A DNA stretch of 29,074 bases from IMG/VR virus record IMGVR_UViG_3300025083_000157, positions 1-29,074 of that record, one strand, 5' to 3'. Position numbers and translations under genes: made by a program. Positions 1 to 8,131 of the stretch are shown piece after piece. Position 1 is the stretch's first letter. Every line of letters starts with the position of its first letter. This DNA comes from a virus. Its lineage: Duplodnaviria > Caudoviricetes. Below the pieces are notes generated by a model. It was not told where the DNA came from, did not search any database, and saw only the letters and a list, made by a program, of their open reading frames with translations.

Positions 1-2
1 AA

Positions 3-1127
3 GCGGAAGCTGACAGCTTTGCACAATTTGCTGCAAATAACGTTGGATATCCGATTATGGATGTTGAATTAATAGATATAAATTTCTATACAGCTTTTGA
101 AGCTGCTGTTATTGAATATTCTAATCAAGTAAATCAAATTAATATTGTTAATAATTTAATAAATACATTAGGTGTTGAAACCGGATCTGATTTTTTAACT
201 AATGACGGATTCACCGGAGCATTAGTAGGAGGTAATTTAAGCTACATAACCAGACTATCAAAAGCATATGGAACAGAAGCAGATTCAGGTGGTGATGTGC
301 GTTGGTATAGTGCATCAATTGATGTTGTCGACGGCAAACAAACATATAGTATTAGAGATGCCGTATCTGCATCATTGGGAGTAGATATAACAGATAATAA
401 CGGCGTTGAGATACGTAGAGTACTTCATGCACCACCTCCTGCAATTGTTAGATACTTTGATCCATTTGTAGGAACAGGTATGGGTTCACAAAACATGATG
501 GATGCATTTGACTTTGGTGGATTTTCTCCTAGTGTAAACTTTATGATGATGCCATTACATATGGATTTGTTCCGTATACAAGGTATTGAGTTTAATGATC
601 GTATACGTAAATCAGCATTTTCTTTTGAGATTCATGGAGATGACATTAAATTATATCCAGTACCTGGTACTCAGGGAACAATATCTACTCCATTTTATGA
701 TAAGGTTTGGTTTGAATTTATATATGAAAAAGATAAAACTAATAGCGGTGTGTTATTTGGGAATAGCGCACTTCTAAACGGAGTAGTGTCAGACGCATCT
801 AATATACCATATTCATATCAAAAATACGCTAACATTAATGATATGGGCCGTAGTTGGATATATAGATATGCATCTGCCATTGTGAAAGAGACATTGGGAT
901 ATGTACGTAATAAATATTCGTCAGTTCCAATACCAAATGGAGAAGTAACCTTAAATGGTAGTGATTTAGTGACACAAGGACAGTCTGAAAAAGAAGCATT
1001 GATAACACAACTTAGAGAATTTTTAGACAAGTTAACTAAAGAACAGATGTTAACAAGGCAAAACACAGAAGCAACACAACAAATGGAAATATTAGGAAAA
1101 GTTCCATTAAAAATATATGTAGGATAG
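3..1127 (+). CDS. Neck/head-completion protein, T4 gp13-like (5' end lies outside the window)
   Basis: Frame is open from base 3 (AEADSFAQFAANNVGYPIMDVEL), so the ATG at 57 is probably internal. GYPIMDVEL and IPNGEVTLNG resemble gp13 N- and C-terminal motifs. First gene of a gp13-14-15 order. Confidence 0.75.
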   Translation, partial: AEADSFAQFAANNVGYPIMDVELIDINFYTAFEAAVIEYSNQVNQINIVNNLINTLGVETGSDFLTNDGFTGALVGGNLSYITRLSKAYGTEADSGGDVRWYSASIDVVDGKQTYSIRDAVSASLGVDITDNNGVEIRRVLHAPPPAIVRYFDPFVGTGMGSQNMMDAFDFGGFSPSVNFMMMPLHMDLFRIQGIEFNDRIRKSAFSFEIHGDDIKLYPVPGTQGTISTPFYDKVWFEFIYEKDKTNSGVLFGNSALLNGVVSDASNIPYSYQKYANINDMGRSWIYRYASAIVKETLGYVRNKYSSVPIPNGEVTLNGSDLVTQGQSEKEALITQLREFLDKLTKEQMLTRQNTEATQQMEILGKVPLKIYVG

Positions 1128-1137
1128 GAGGTAGATT

Positions 1138-1659
1138 ATGGCATTGTTTGGAGGTCAGAGGGATGCTAAATTTTTAGCTTCAATTAATTCAGAACTAATA
1201 AACGCTGTCATTGATACAGAAATTGAATTTTATAAACTTGTTGTTGAGTCATCGAATTCGAATTTATACGGTGAGTCTGAATCTAAATCATATTATGACT
1301 CTATATTGATTCCATGTCTAATTACTAAAGACGATAAAAATTCTAGTATGGATGATTATGGACATACATATACTCGTACTTCTAAATTTGCTATCGCTCG
1401 AGACATTCTAGTAAAAGCAGACTTTTATCCAGAAGTGGGTGATATTGTTTTTTGGGATAATGAATATTTTGAATTAGACAACGTAGATTCTAATCAATAT
1501 TTTGTAGGTAAAAATCCTGAAACATGGCCTAATGGAACAGATCATGGATATAGTGTGTCAGTAGTTGTTGATGCACATGCAACTAGACAAACGCCGCAAG
1601 GTATTTTAGATATGCGTTTTGGTGGTAATAATAATTCACCTGCATATAAAGGAGATTAA
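1138..1659 (+). CDS. Neck/head-closure protein, T4 gp14-like
   Basis: 173 aa with SD GGAGG upstream. Motifs NLYGES and YPEVGDIVFWDNEYFE. Lies between the gp13-like and gp15-like genes. Confidence 0.65.
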   Translation: MALFGGQRDAKFLASINSELINAVIDTEIEFYKLVVESSNSNLYGESESKSYYDSILIPCLITKDDKNSSMDDYGHTYTRTSKFAIARDILVKADFYPEVGDIVFWDNEYFELDNVDSNQYFVGKNPETWPNGTDHGYSVSVVVDAHATRQTPQGILDMRFGGNNNSPAYKGD

Positions 1660-2885
1660 TGCCAAAGTATAATAGAAAAAATATCGATCGAAAAACAAAT
1701 AAACCAAATCCCGATAGAACAGAGGGATTAGGAGCCGATCCAATCTTAAATAGATCGGAACAGACACGCCGTGATGATGATGTAATTCGAAGTGCTTCTC
1801 GTACTATATATGATATTGATTATGCTATAAAATGGTATATTGAAAATGAAATTGAACCTCAAATTACAGCAAATAAAAATTTAATATCAGTTCCTACTAT
1901 TTTTGCTAATGGTGAAAAGTGGGATAATGTTCGTAGACTAGGATATATACGAGACGAAAAAGGAATGTTACAATCTCCTTTATTAATGCTTAAACGAAAT
2001 TCAATGTCAGAACGTGACAACAGAAAAGGTTTAGATGTTAATAGAAAGTTAACTGATAATCGTTTAATTTATCGATCTAAATATAATAGTAGAAATAGAT
2101 ATGAAGATGAACTATTTCCTATACCAACAAATCCTAAACAGAAATCTCAAAAAGTATATGTAGTAGACGTTCCTAAATATGTTACTATTGAATATGACTT
2201 GATGCTCTGGTGTGATTTTACTACACAAATGAATGAATTGGTAGATCAAATATTACCATATGGTAGATTTGCATGGGGAAATGAACAAAATCGTTATGAA
2301 ACTATAATTGGAAATGTAAGTTTTGAAACGGTTAATACGGTAGGAGAAGATCGATTAGTTAGAGCCACAATACCATTAACAGTACACGGAACATTATTAT
2401 CAGAACACGAAACTAAAATATCTACACTGCAAAAAATGTATTCAGTAAAAAAATTAGTATTTCAAACAGTTGTCGATGTTGATAGTAATATATTTGAAAC
2501 AACAAAAATTCCTACTCAATTATTAAATTCATCGCAAACTATTGTAGGAGGCGGAACTGTAATTGTTAACGGTGCTGGAGGTAGTCGTACGACAATCGAT
2601 GGTAATGTATTAACATATTTAACTACATTGACAGATAAAACTGCAACATATGTATCTGCTACTACGGTAACAGTAAACGCAAAACCAGCAATCAATCCAA
2701 CCAATCTACAATTTGCAAATGTAAATGAGTTTGACATATATGTTAATGGACAATATATCGATAGTAGTGGGTACACATGGACGCCAAATGATGCTACAAT
2801 TCAAACAATAGTATTTGATACTAATGTATTGGGTTATGATATTATAGATACCGATGCAATTATTATTAATGGGAGATGGCAATAA
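1659..2885 (+). CDS. Tail terminator/sheath stabiliser, gp15-like, with a C-terminal beta-rich extension
   Basis: 408 aa, TAATG overlap with the previous gene. VPTIFANGEKW and VPKYVTIEYDLMLW..QMNELVDQILP resemble gp15-type motifs. Synteny. Confidence 0.6.
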   Translation: MPKYNRKNIDRKTNKPNPDRTEGLGADPILNRSEQTRRDDDVIRSASRTIYDIDYAIKWYIENEIEPQITANKNLISVPTIFANGEKWDNVRRLGYIRDEKGMLQSPLLMLKRNSMSERDNRKGLDVNRKLTDNRLIYRSKYNSRNRYEDELFPIPTNPKQKSQKVYVVDVPKYVTIEYDLMLWCDFTTQMNELVDQILPYGRFAWGNEQNRYETIIGNVSFETVNTVGEDRLVRATIPLTVHGTLLSEHETKISTLQKMYSVKKLVFQTVVDVDSNIFETTKIPTQLLNSSQTIVGGGTVIVNGAGGSRTTIDGNVLTYLTTLTDKTATYVSATTVTVNAKPAINPTNLQFANVNEFDIYVNGQYIDSSGYTWTPNDATIQTIVFDTNVLGYDIIDTDAIIINGRWQ

Positions 2886-3292
2886 TGGCTAGACAGATTA
2901 GACCAGGGCAAATACAAACGGGGTCTTTATATAATATATCCTCATCATTTGCAATAACCGCCTCCCATGCATTAAATACAACATCACCTTTTCCGTTTAT
3001 CGGAGATGCTAAAATAACCGGCTCATTAGATATTAATGGAACAGGCGGAGATATATTTCTTATTAAATCATCCAGCGTTGAAGTATTAACAGTTAAAGAA
3101 TCAGGAGCTGTTACAGTTACTAATGATGCACCAACAATGTTTTTAATTAGAGACACATCATTTGCTCCCATATTAGCAGTATCAGAAAGTGGTGTAGTTA
3201 TATTTGCAACTCAATCACAAGAACTAACAACGACAGCACCAATTGGTGCAATATATTTTACATCATCTAGTTTATTTGTAGGACTAGATTAA
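2885..3292 (+). CDS. Small virion fibre-like protein
   Basis: ATG 2885 overlaps the upstream TAA and has GGGAG at 2871-2875, so it is preferred over 2876. Ser/Thr/Gly-rich, predicted beta-rich (SSSFAITASHAL, GDAKITGSLDING). Confidence 0.55.
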   Translation: MARQIRPGQIQTGSLYNISSSFAITASHALNTTSPFPFIGDAKITGSLDINGTGGDIFLIKSSSVEVLTVKESGAVTVTNDAPTMFLIRDTSFAPILAVSESGVVIFATQSQELTTTAPIGAIYFTSSSLFVGLD

Positions 3293-3306
3293 TTTAAGTA
3301 CGTATA

Positions 3307-3314
3307 TATTTATA
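3307..3314 (+). promoter_or_regulatory. Putative late promoter TATTTATA
   Basis: Intergenic, begins 30 nt before ATG 3337. The same motif recurs at similar spacing before several structural genes. Confidence 0.6.
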
Positions 3315-3336
3315 TAAAAAGAAATAGGAAATACAA

Positions 3337-4833
3337 ATGGCAAATTGGAAAAAGGTAATAGTATCAGGATCAGCTGCCGATCTAGCATCATTATCATTAG
3401 ATACAGCCTTACCTGTAGAATCAGGTGGAACTGGCGCAACATCTTTAACAGATGGCGGAATACTATTAGGTAGTGGAACTGGTGCTATAACAGCAACGGG
3501 AGTATTAACAAATGGTCAATTACTAATTGGAGACGGAACTGGAGATCCTACTGTATCAACAATTACAGCAGGATCAGGTATTTCTGTTACAAATGGAGCT
3601 GGATCTATTACTATTGCAGCAGATGGCTTAGGAGCTGGAACGGTAACTAATGTAGCAACTGCCGGGACAGTAAATGGTTTAACATTAACTGGTGGGCCTA
3701 TTACAACAACAGGTACTATAACATTAGGCGGCACATTAGCAAACGTAGCCAATTCAGCTTTATCGAATAGCACAATTAGCGGAAAGGCGTTGGGAACCGA
3801 TCTAGATGATCTTACTATAGGAGCTGGTTTAGCATCATCTGCGGCATATAACGGAGGAACAGCCCGAACAGCAGCAGTTGGAGCAGGTACTCACATCACA
3901 GTTAACACTAATGATGTTGCCGTTAACACCACTACATTAATCTCTGCCATTTCAGGATCTATCATAGATACAATTGCTGGAGATGTAAACGTTGACACTA
4001 ATGGTGTTTCAACCATTCAATCAACTGCCGTAGAAGGTAGTATGTTAAACACCAATGTTGCCGATACATCTACAATTGAAGTATCTAGTAACACGTTATC
4101 TGTGCTTAAAGTACCTAATGCGTTAACTGTCGACAATGCTACGATACAATTAAATAGTGGAACTACTTTTGATGGATCTGGTGCTAGAACAATTAGTGTA
4201 AAAGACGGCGGAATTGATGCCGATGCATTAGCCGCAAGTGTTGCAGGAACAGGATTAAGTGGTGGTGCTGGTTCAGCATTATCTGTCGATTACGGTTCTA
4301 GTGCAGGCAATGCAGTACAAGGTAACACGACAATAACAGTAAATGTTGCATCTGGTGAATTAACAAGAGACGTAGGATCAGCAGCACAAGCATTAGGAGG
4401 AGGACCTTCTTATACTTTAGGATTAGCAGACACAATTACCGGCGATAGAACATTCTCAGATAATATTAATATATCGGGTGATTTAATAGTTAATGGTACA
4501 GCTTCATTCCAAAATACTACTAATTTACAAGTAGCAGATAGATTTGTATTATTTGCTTCTGGTTCAACTGGTACTGGAGACGGTGGTATTGTTGTGCAGC
4601 AAGCAACTCAAGATGTTGGTGAATTATTTGGTTATGATTCAGGAGAAACACGTTGGGGACTAAAAACTGCGTTTTCAGCAGATAGTGCAGCATTTACACC
4701 AGACGCATTTATGTCAGCAGTAACAACTCTAGCAAGCACTAATCCAAATACATCAGGACCAGCAGCTAGATATAATAAAGCAGGTAACATATACGTATCA
4801 TCAGGAGATGAGAGTATTTGGATATATGCATAA
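3337..4833 (+). CDS. Gly/Thr/Ala-rich virion fibre protein
   Basis: 498 aa with fibre-type segments (LPVESGGTGATSLT, GDLIVNGTASFQNTTNLQVAD). Located in the structural module. Confidence 0.65.
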   Translation: MANWKKVIVSGSAADLASLSLDTALPVESGGTGATSLTDGGILLGSGTGAITATGVLTNGQLLIGDGTGDPTVSTITAGSGISVTNGAGSITIAADGLGAGTVTNVATAGTVNGLTLTGGPITTTGTITLGGTLANVANSALSNSTISGKALGTDLDDLTIGAGLASSAAYNGGTARTAAVGAGTHITVNTNDVAVNTTTLISAISGSIIDTIAGDVNVDTNGVSTIQSTAVEGSMLNTNVADTSTIEVSSNTLSVLKVPNALTVDNATIQLNSGTTFDGSGARTISVKDGGIDADALAASVAGTGLSGGAGSALSVDYGSSAGNAVQGNTTITVNVASGELTRDVGSAAQALGGGPSYTLGLADTITGDRTFSDNINISGDLIVNGTASFQNTTNLQVADRFVLFASGSTGTGDGGIVVQQATQDVGELFGYDSGETRWGLKTAFSADSAAFTPDAFMSAVTTLASTNPNTSGPAARYNKAGNIYVSSGDESIWIYA

Positions 4834-4846
4834 TATTTTATATATT
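4818..4846 (+). promoter_or_regulatory. Putative sigma70-like promoter TTGGAT-N17-TATATT
   Basis: Same -35 hexamer and 17-nt spacer as the sites at 6714, 19137 and 23084. Confidence 0.5.
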
Positions 4847-4870
4847 ATAAAAAGAGTTACGAGTAAATAT

Positions 4871-5077
4871 ATGGGATTTAAGGCAACTAATACAATTATT
4901 AAAAACAAAACTGTACAAACTAAAGCAAAGTCACAACCTGACATTGATTTAAATGAAACAGAAATTGTGACTTTGCTTTCTTTGGTTAAACGATCAACGT
5001 TTAGTGGAGAAGATATCGAATCACTATATAATCTTGTATTAAAATTACAACAACAATATGTAAATATTAAAAAATAA
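4871..5077 (+). CDS. Small hypothetical protein (68 aa)
   Basis: ATG 4871 (MGFKATN) lies downstream of the putative promoter, whereas the track start at 4808 overlaps the previous gene. Helical-looking C-terminus. Confidence 0.6.
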   Translation: MGFKATNTIIKNKTVQTKAKSQPDIDLNETEIVTLLSLVKRSTFSGEDIESLYNLVLKLQQQYVNIKK

Positions 5078-5083
5078 ATAGTT

Positions 5084-5329
5084 ATGATATTATTCTCGAT
5101 TGAAAATTTGTCTATAGAAGAAATTGCAGCAATGAGACAATCATTAAATGTAATTGATATAAAAGGGTCATCGGCTCAATTTATTGCTACACTACAAAAT
5201 AAACTTGATAATGAAATAAGTTCAGCACAACATATTTTAAAACAAGAAGAAGCAAAAAAGACAAATGGCATTAAAGAAATTGAAAATGCTCAACCTGCAA
5301 AAAAATCAACCCGTAAAACAAAATCATAA
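5084..5329 (+). CDS. Small hypothetical protein with basic tail (81 aa)
   Basis: Fills the gap on the coding strand, 6 nt after the previous stop. Confidence 0.6.
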   Translation: MILFSIENLSIEEIAAMRQSLNVIDIKGSSAQFIATLQNKLDNEISSAQHILKQEEAKKTNGIKEIENAQPAKKSTRKTKS

Positions 5330-5331
5330 CA

Positions 5332-5339
5332 TATTTATA
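5332..5339 (+). promoter_or_regulatory. Putative late promoter TATTTATA
   Basis: Recurrent motif, here followed by a structured leader before ATG 5429. Confidence 0.6.
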
Positions 5340-5350
5340 TTAAATTAATA

Positions 5351-5412
5351 GTTGTTCGGCCGAAAGGAAGTAGGCACACGCACGGCATAAGTGTATGTAA
5401 CTAACCAACAAC
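5351..5412 (+). ncRNA. Candidate structured cis-regulatory RNA (riboswitch-like three-way junction)
   Basis: 30/62 G+C in AT-rich intergenic DNA. GTTGTT(C)GG/CCAACAAC closing stem, CC-GAAA-GG hairpin, and TAG-GCA/TGT-AA-CTA stem with an AA bulge. Ends just before SD GAAGGA. Confidence 0.6.
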
Positions 5413-5428
5413 ATGAAGGAAATATAAT

Positions 5429-6664
5429 ATGCCAAATTGGAAAAAAGTTATCATATCTGGTAGCGACGCATCTTTAAATAGTTTAAACGCAACAACCAGC
5501 TTAACAGCTTCAGGTTTAATATATCCCGATACCGATGGGGATAATGGAGACTTTCTATCTACAGATGGAGCAGGAAATTTAAGCTTCACCAGATCCGCAG
5601 TATATGCAAATGTAAAAAACGTATCAGGTGGAACACTACAAAAAGGAACCCCAGTACACGCAAATGGAACAGCAGGTAATGCCTCTGAAGTTATAGCAGC
5701 ATCAGCATCAGTTGCTTCTACGATGCCTGCAACCTATGTACTTAATGAGACTTTAGCAAACGATGCTGAAGGTTTAGCAATAATCACAGGATATATAAAT
5801 GGTGTAAATACTTCACTTTTTGGAGAAGGAGATGTAATATATGTAGGAGAGAGTGGTGGGTTTACAAATGTAAAACCACAAGGATCCGATAATTTAATAC
5901 AAAACCTAGGAGTAGTTAGTAAGGTAGATGCAACAAATGGTTCAGGATATGTTTATGGTTCAGGTAGATCAAATGATGTACCAAATTTACCAGAAGGAAA
6001 GGTTTGGGTAGGTTCGAGTACTTACTCTGTAACATCTTCTATACTAACTTTAGATGAACCAAATTCACAAGCACGTATAGCAGGTTCATTAGTAGTATCG
6101 ACTGATATTACTGCTTCCGGCGCTATGAGGTTATCGGGTGAGTTACAGGTTACAAATAAGGCCCACGTAACTACAAATTTTTTAGCAGGAGAAGATGCTC
6201 TTCCTAACTCAACATATACATTAGCAAATGGAGCAACTTCAGCAATAAATCCTGGTGATTTCAACTCACAAACCTTACAAGGACAAGTTTTAACATCCCA
6301 ACAAGCTGGAGTATCTTTAACTGAAGGACAATTAATTGTTAAAGCAGCAAATAATAGATGGTATCCTGCCGATGCTAATTCTACTAGTACAACATATCTT
6401 ATGGGAATTGCACTTAAAACAGTGGGTGGTGGATCTAATACTGATGTTTTGATAGATGGTGTTATAGCAATGGATGATTCTTATCTTGTAGTTAGTAGTA
6501 TTGGTGAACCATTATATTCATCAACAACAACAGGAGAAATAACAAATGTAGCTCCTACAGGTACTGGGGATATAGTTAGAATTGTAGGTCATTACATAGG
6601 TGCTTCATTTGACGGAGAGTATATGATTACTTTCAAACCAGATGGAACATGGATAGAATTATAA
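5429..6664 (+). CDS. Virion fibre/decoration protein with two tandem capsid-cement-like domains
   Basis: 411 aa. N-terminus shared with the 3337 gene. Two similar units (FGEGDVIYVGESGGFTNVKP..IQNLG and IGEPLYSSTTTGEITNVAP..VRIVG). Confidence 0.6.
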   Translation: MPNWKKVIISGSDASLNSLNATTSLTASGLIYPDTDGDNGDFLSTDGAGNLSFTRSAVYANVKNVSGGTLQKGTPVHANGTAGNASEVIAASASVASTMPATYVLNETLANDAEGLAIITGYINGVNTSLFGEGDVIYVGESGGFTNVKPQGSDNLIQNLGVVSKVDATNGSGYVYGSGRSNDVPNLPEGKVWVGSSTYSVTSSILTLDEPNSQARIAGSLVVSTDITASGAMRLSGELQVTNKAHVTTNFLAGEDALPNSTYTLANGATSAINPGDFNSQTLQGQVLTSQQAGVSLTEGQLIVKAANNRWYPADANSTSTTYLMGIALKTVGGGSNTDVLIDGVIAMDDSYLVVSSIGEPLYSSTTTGEITNVAPTGTGDIVRIVGHYIGASFDGEYMITFKPDGTWIEL

Positions 6665-6713
6665 AAATTATAGTAAAATTGATGTAGATTTTAGAAAAAT
6701 TTAATTATTTAAT

Positions 6714-6742
6714 TTGGATATATCATATTAATTACATATAAT
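6714..6742 (+). promoter_or_regulatory. Putative sigma70-like promoter TTGGAT-N17-TATAAT
   Basis: Perfect -10 with a 17-nt spacer, 20 nt before ATG 6763. Confidence 0.65.
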
Positions 6743-6762
6743 ATAAAAAAAGGTTATAAAAT

Positions 6763-7032
6763 ATGTCAACTAAAAAACTGGACAAAAAAGATTTAGATGC
6801 AATACAATCTATTGGTCAACGCTATGATGAACTAACAACGACACTAGGAAATTTAGAAATTGAAAAATTTACACTGTCGTTGCGGGTAGAAGAACTTGAA
6901 AAATTACATGCGACTGAATTAACTAAATTTGAAACAATACGTTTACAAGAACAAGACCTAATGACAGATCTTAAAGAGCGATATGGCGAAGGATCAATTG
7001 ATATCAATACAGGTACATTTACACAATCATAG
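6763..7032 (+). CDS. Small coiled-coil protein (89 aa)
   Basis: Heptad-like Leu/Glu pattern ending in LKERYGEGSIDINTGTF. Has its own promoter-like site. Confidence 0.7.
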   Translation: MSTKKLDKKDLDAIQSIGQRYDELTTTLGNLEIEKFTLSLRVEELEKLHATELTKFETIRLQEQDLMTDLKERYGEGSIDINTGTFTQS

Positions 7033-7079
7033 GTTTGGGATTAAATCGCTATATTTATAATAAACAAAATATAGCAGAA
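7030..7079 (+). repeat. Direct repeat copy 1 (50 bp, contains TATTTATA at 7052-7059)
   Basis: 46/50 identical to 8412-8461 by manual alignment. Confidence 0.9.
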
Positions 7080-7142
7080 AATATTGCAACTACTGGTTAT
7101 ACAATCACCTTCAGACCATATGGAACATGGATTGAAATATAA
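7074..7142 (+). pseudogene. Orphan 3' fragment of a homologue of the 5429-6664 gene
   Basis: Translates AENIATTGYTITFRPYGTWIEI* versus YMITFKPDGTWIEL*. 7098-7148 matches 6620-6670 at 43/51 nt. No ATG. Confidence 0.8.
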
Positions 7143-7163
7143 AAATTAATTAAAAAATAAAAT

Positions 7164-7472
7164 ATGGCAAAAATAATGGGAATCAGTATCCCGGATGGGA
7201 TATTAACTAGAACCACTTGGAATGATGCTAGAACAGAAATGGAAGAAAACCCAGAGTTTATAGTAGAATTAATAGATGAAACTTCAGTTGATTTTTATGC
7301 TCCATATGCTATGTCAATTGATAGTGTTACAAATATATTAAATAGTCCAACAACCGCAATTCGAGTAGCAGACCAAGGTTATACTTTAGGTAACTCTATA
7401 TCAGCAGGTGCTAAAATAACTGTGCAAGTAAGTACAGCCGCAGTAATAAGATTAAACACCACAAAAGGATAA
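7164..7472 (+). CDS. Hypothetical protein (102 aa), cassette gene 1
   Basis: Clean ORF with an A-rich initiation region and a beta-rich C-terminus. Confidence 0.7.
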   Translation: MAKIMGISIPDGILTRTTWNDARTEMEENPEFIVELIDETSVDFYAPYAMSIDSVTNILNSPTTAIRVADQGYTLGNSISAGAKITVQVSTAAVIRLNTTKG

Positions 7473-7475
7473 AAT

Positions 7476-8114
7476 ATGCCAGTACAAGATTCATATTATA
7501 TAAAAGCTAGAGCATCAGGAGGAGGTGGTTCTGTTGGAGCAAAAATACCGAAAACTGGACAGACAGTATCTTATGCTACTGGTGATGATGGTGATCTAGA
7601 AGCTGGAAGAGCAACAGATTTTTTCACTCTTCCTAGTAATAACCCTCATGGAAATACGAACAGATTTACAGACTATTTAGGAGGTCAGTCCTATAGTATA
7701 GGAGTTTTAGTTGATTGGTCTACTTATGATGGGTCGACTGTACTTGGGTATAGTGGCGCAACTGGAACAAATTCAACGGTTACTTGGTCTTCCGCTTTAA
7801 GCTTAGCTAGCAGCCATTCAGTGAGTTCGTTTACTTCTGGGTGGAGGTTACCAAATTTGAATGAGGCTGTCAATGTTTGTAATTTTAGTCTTAATCCACC
7901 ATTATCTTATTCAATTTGGTTTAAAAGTGCTTTTGGTGGTGTTTGGGCTAGAAGTGCAATGTGGACTTCAACAACATCTCCACGATGGTCTGGAGGAGCA
8001 TTAAGGTATAGAAATGATATGGGGATTTTTGATTTCCAAGGTAAAACAAACCTATCAGCAAAAGATGGATTTGCAGTAAGAGATTTCACAGTAACAGGAA
8101 CAACATTAACATAA
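7476..8114 (+). CDS. DUF1566/Lcl C-terminal (C-type-lectin-like) domain protein
   Basis: PKTGQTVSYATGDDG, TWSSAL, GWRLPNLNE, WTSTT and a terminal AVR are the characteristic motif series of this family. Confidence 0.75.
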   Translation: MPVQDSYYIKARASGGGGSVGAKIPKTGQTVSYATGDDGDLEAGRATDFFTLPSNNPHGNTNRFTDYLGGQSYSIGVLVDWSTYDGSTVLGYSGATGTNSTVTWSSALSLASSHSVSSFTSGWRLPNLNEAVNVCNFSLNPPLSYSIWFKSAFGGVWARSAMWTSTTSPRWSGGALRYRNDMGIFDFQGKTNLSAKDGFAVRDFTVTGTTLT

Positions 8115-8131
8115 TTTAAAAAAAATAAAAA

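Noticed and set aside
4808-4870. Longer start for the small ORF
   Set aside because: It overlaps the fibre gene end and the putative promoter. ATG 4871 fits better.
5351-5412. tRNA, intrinsic terminator, or hammerhead/HDV-like ribozyme
   Set aside because: No cloverleaf or T-loop, no U-tract, no CUGANGA core, and no P1/P1.1 pairing for an HDV-like fold.
6620-7148. DGR variable/template repeat pair (6620-6670 versus 7098-7148)
   Set aside because: Mismatches are not adenine-specific (several T/C and G/T, some synonymous) and there is no reverse transcriptase in the window.
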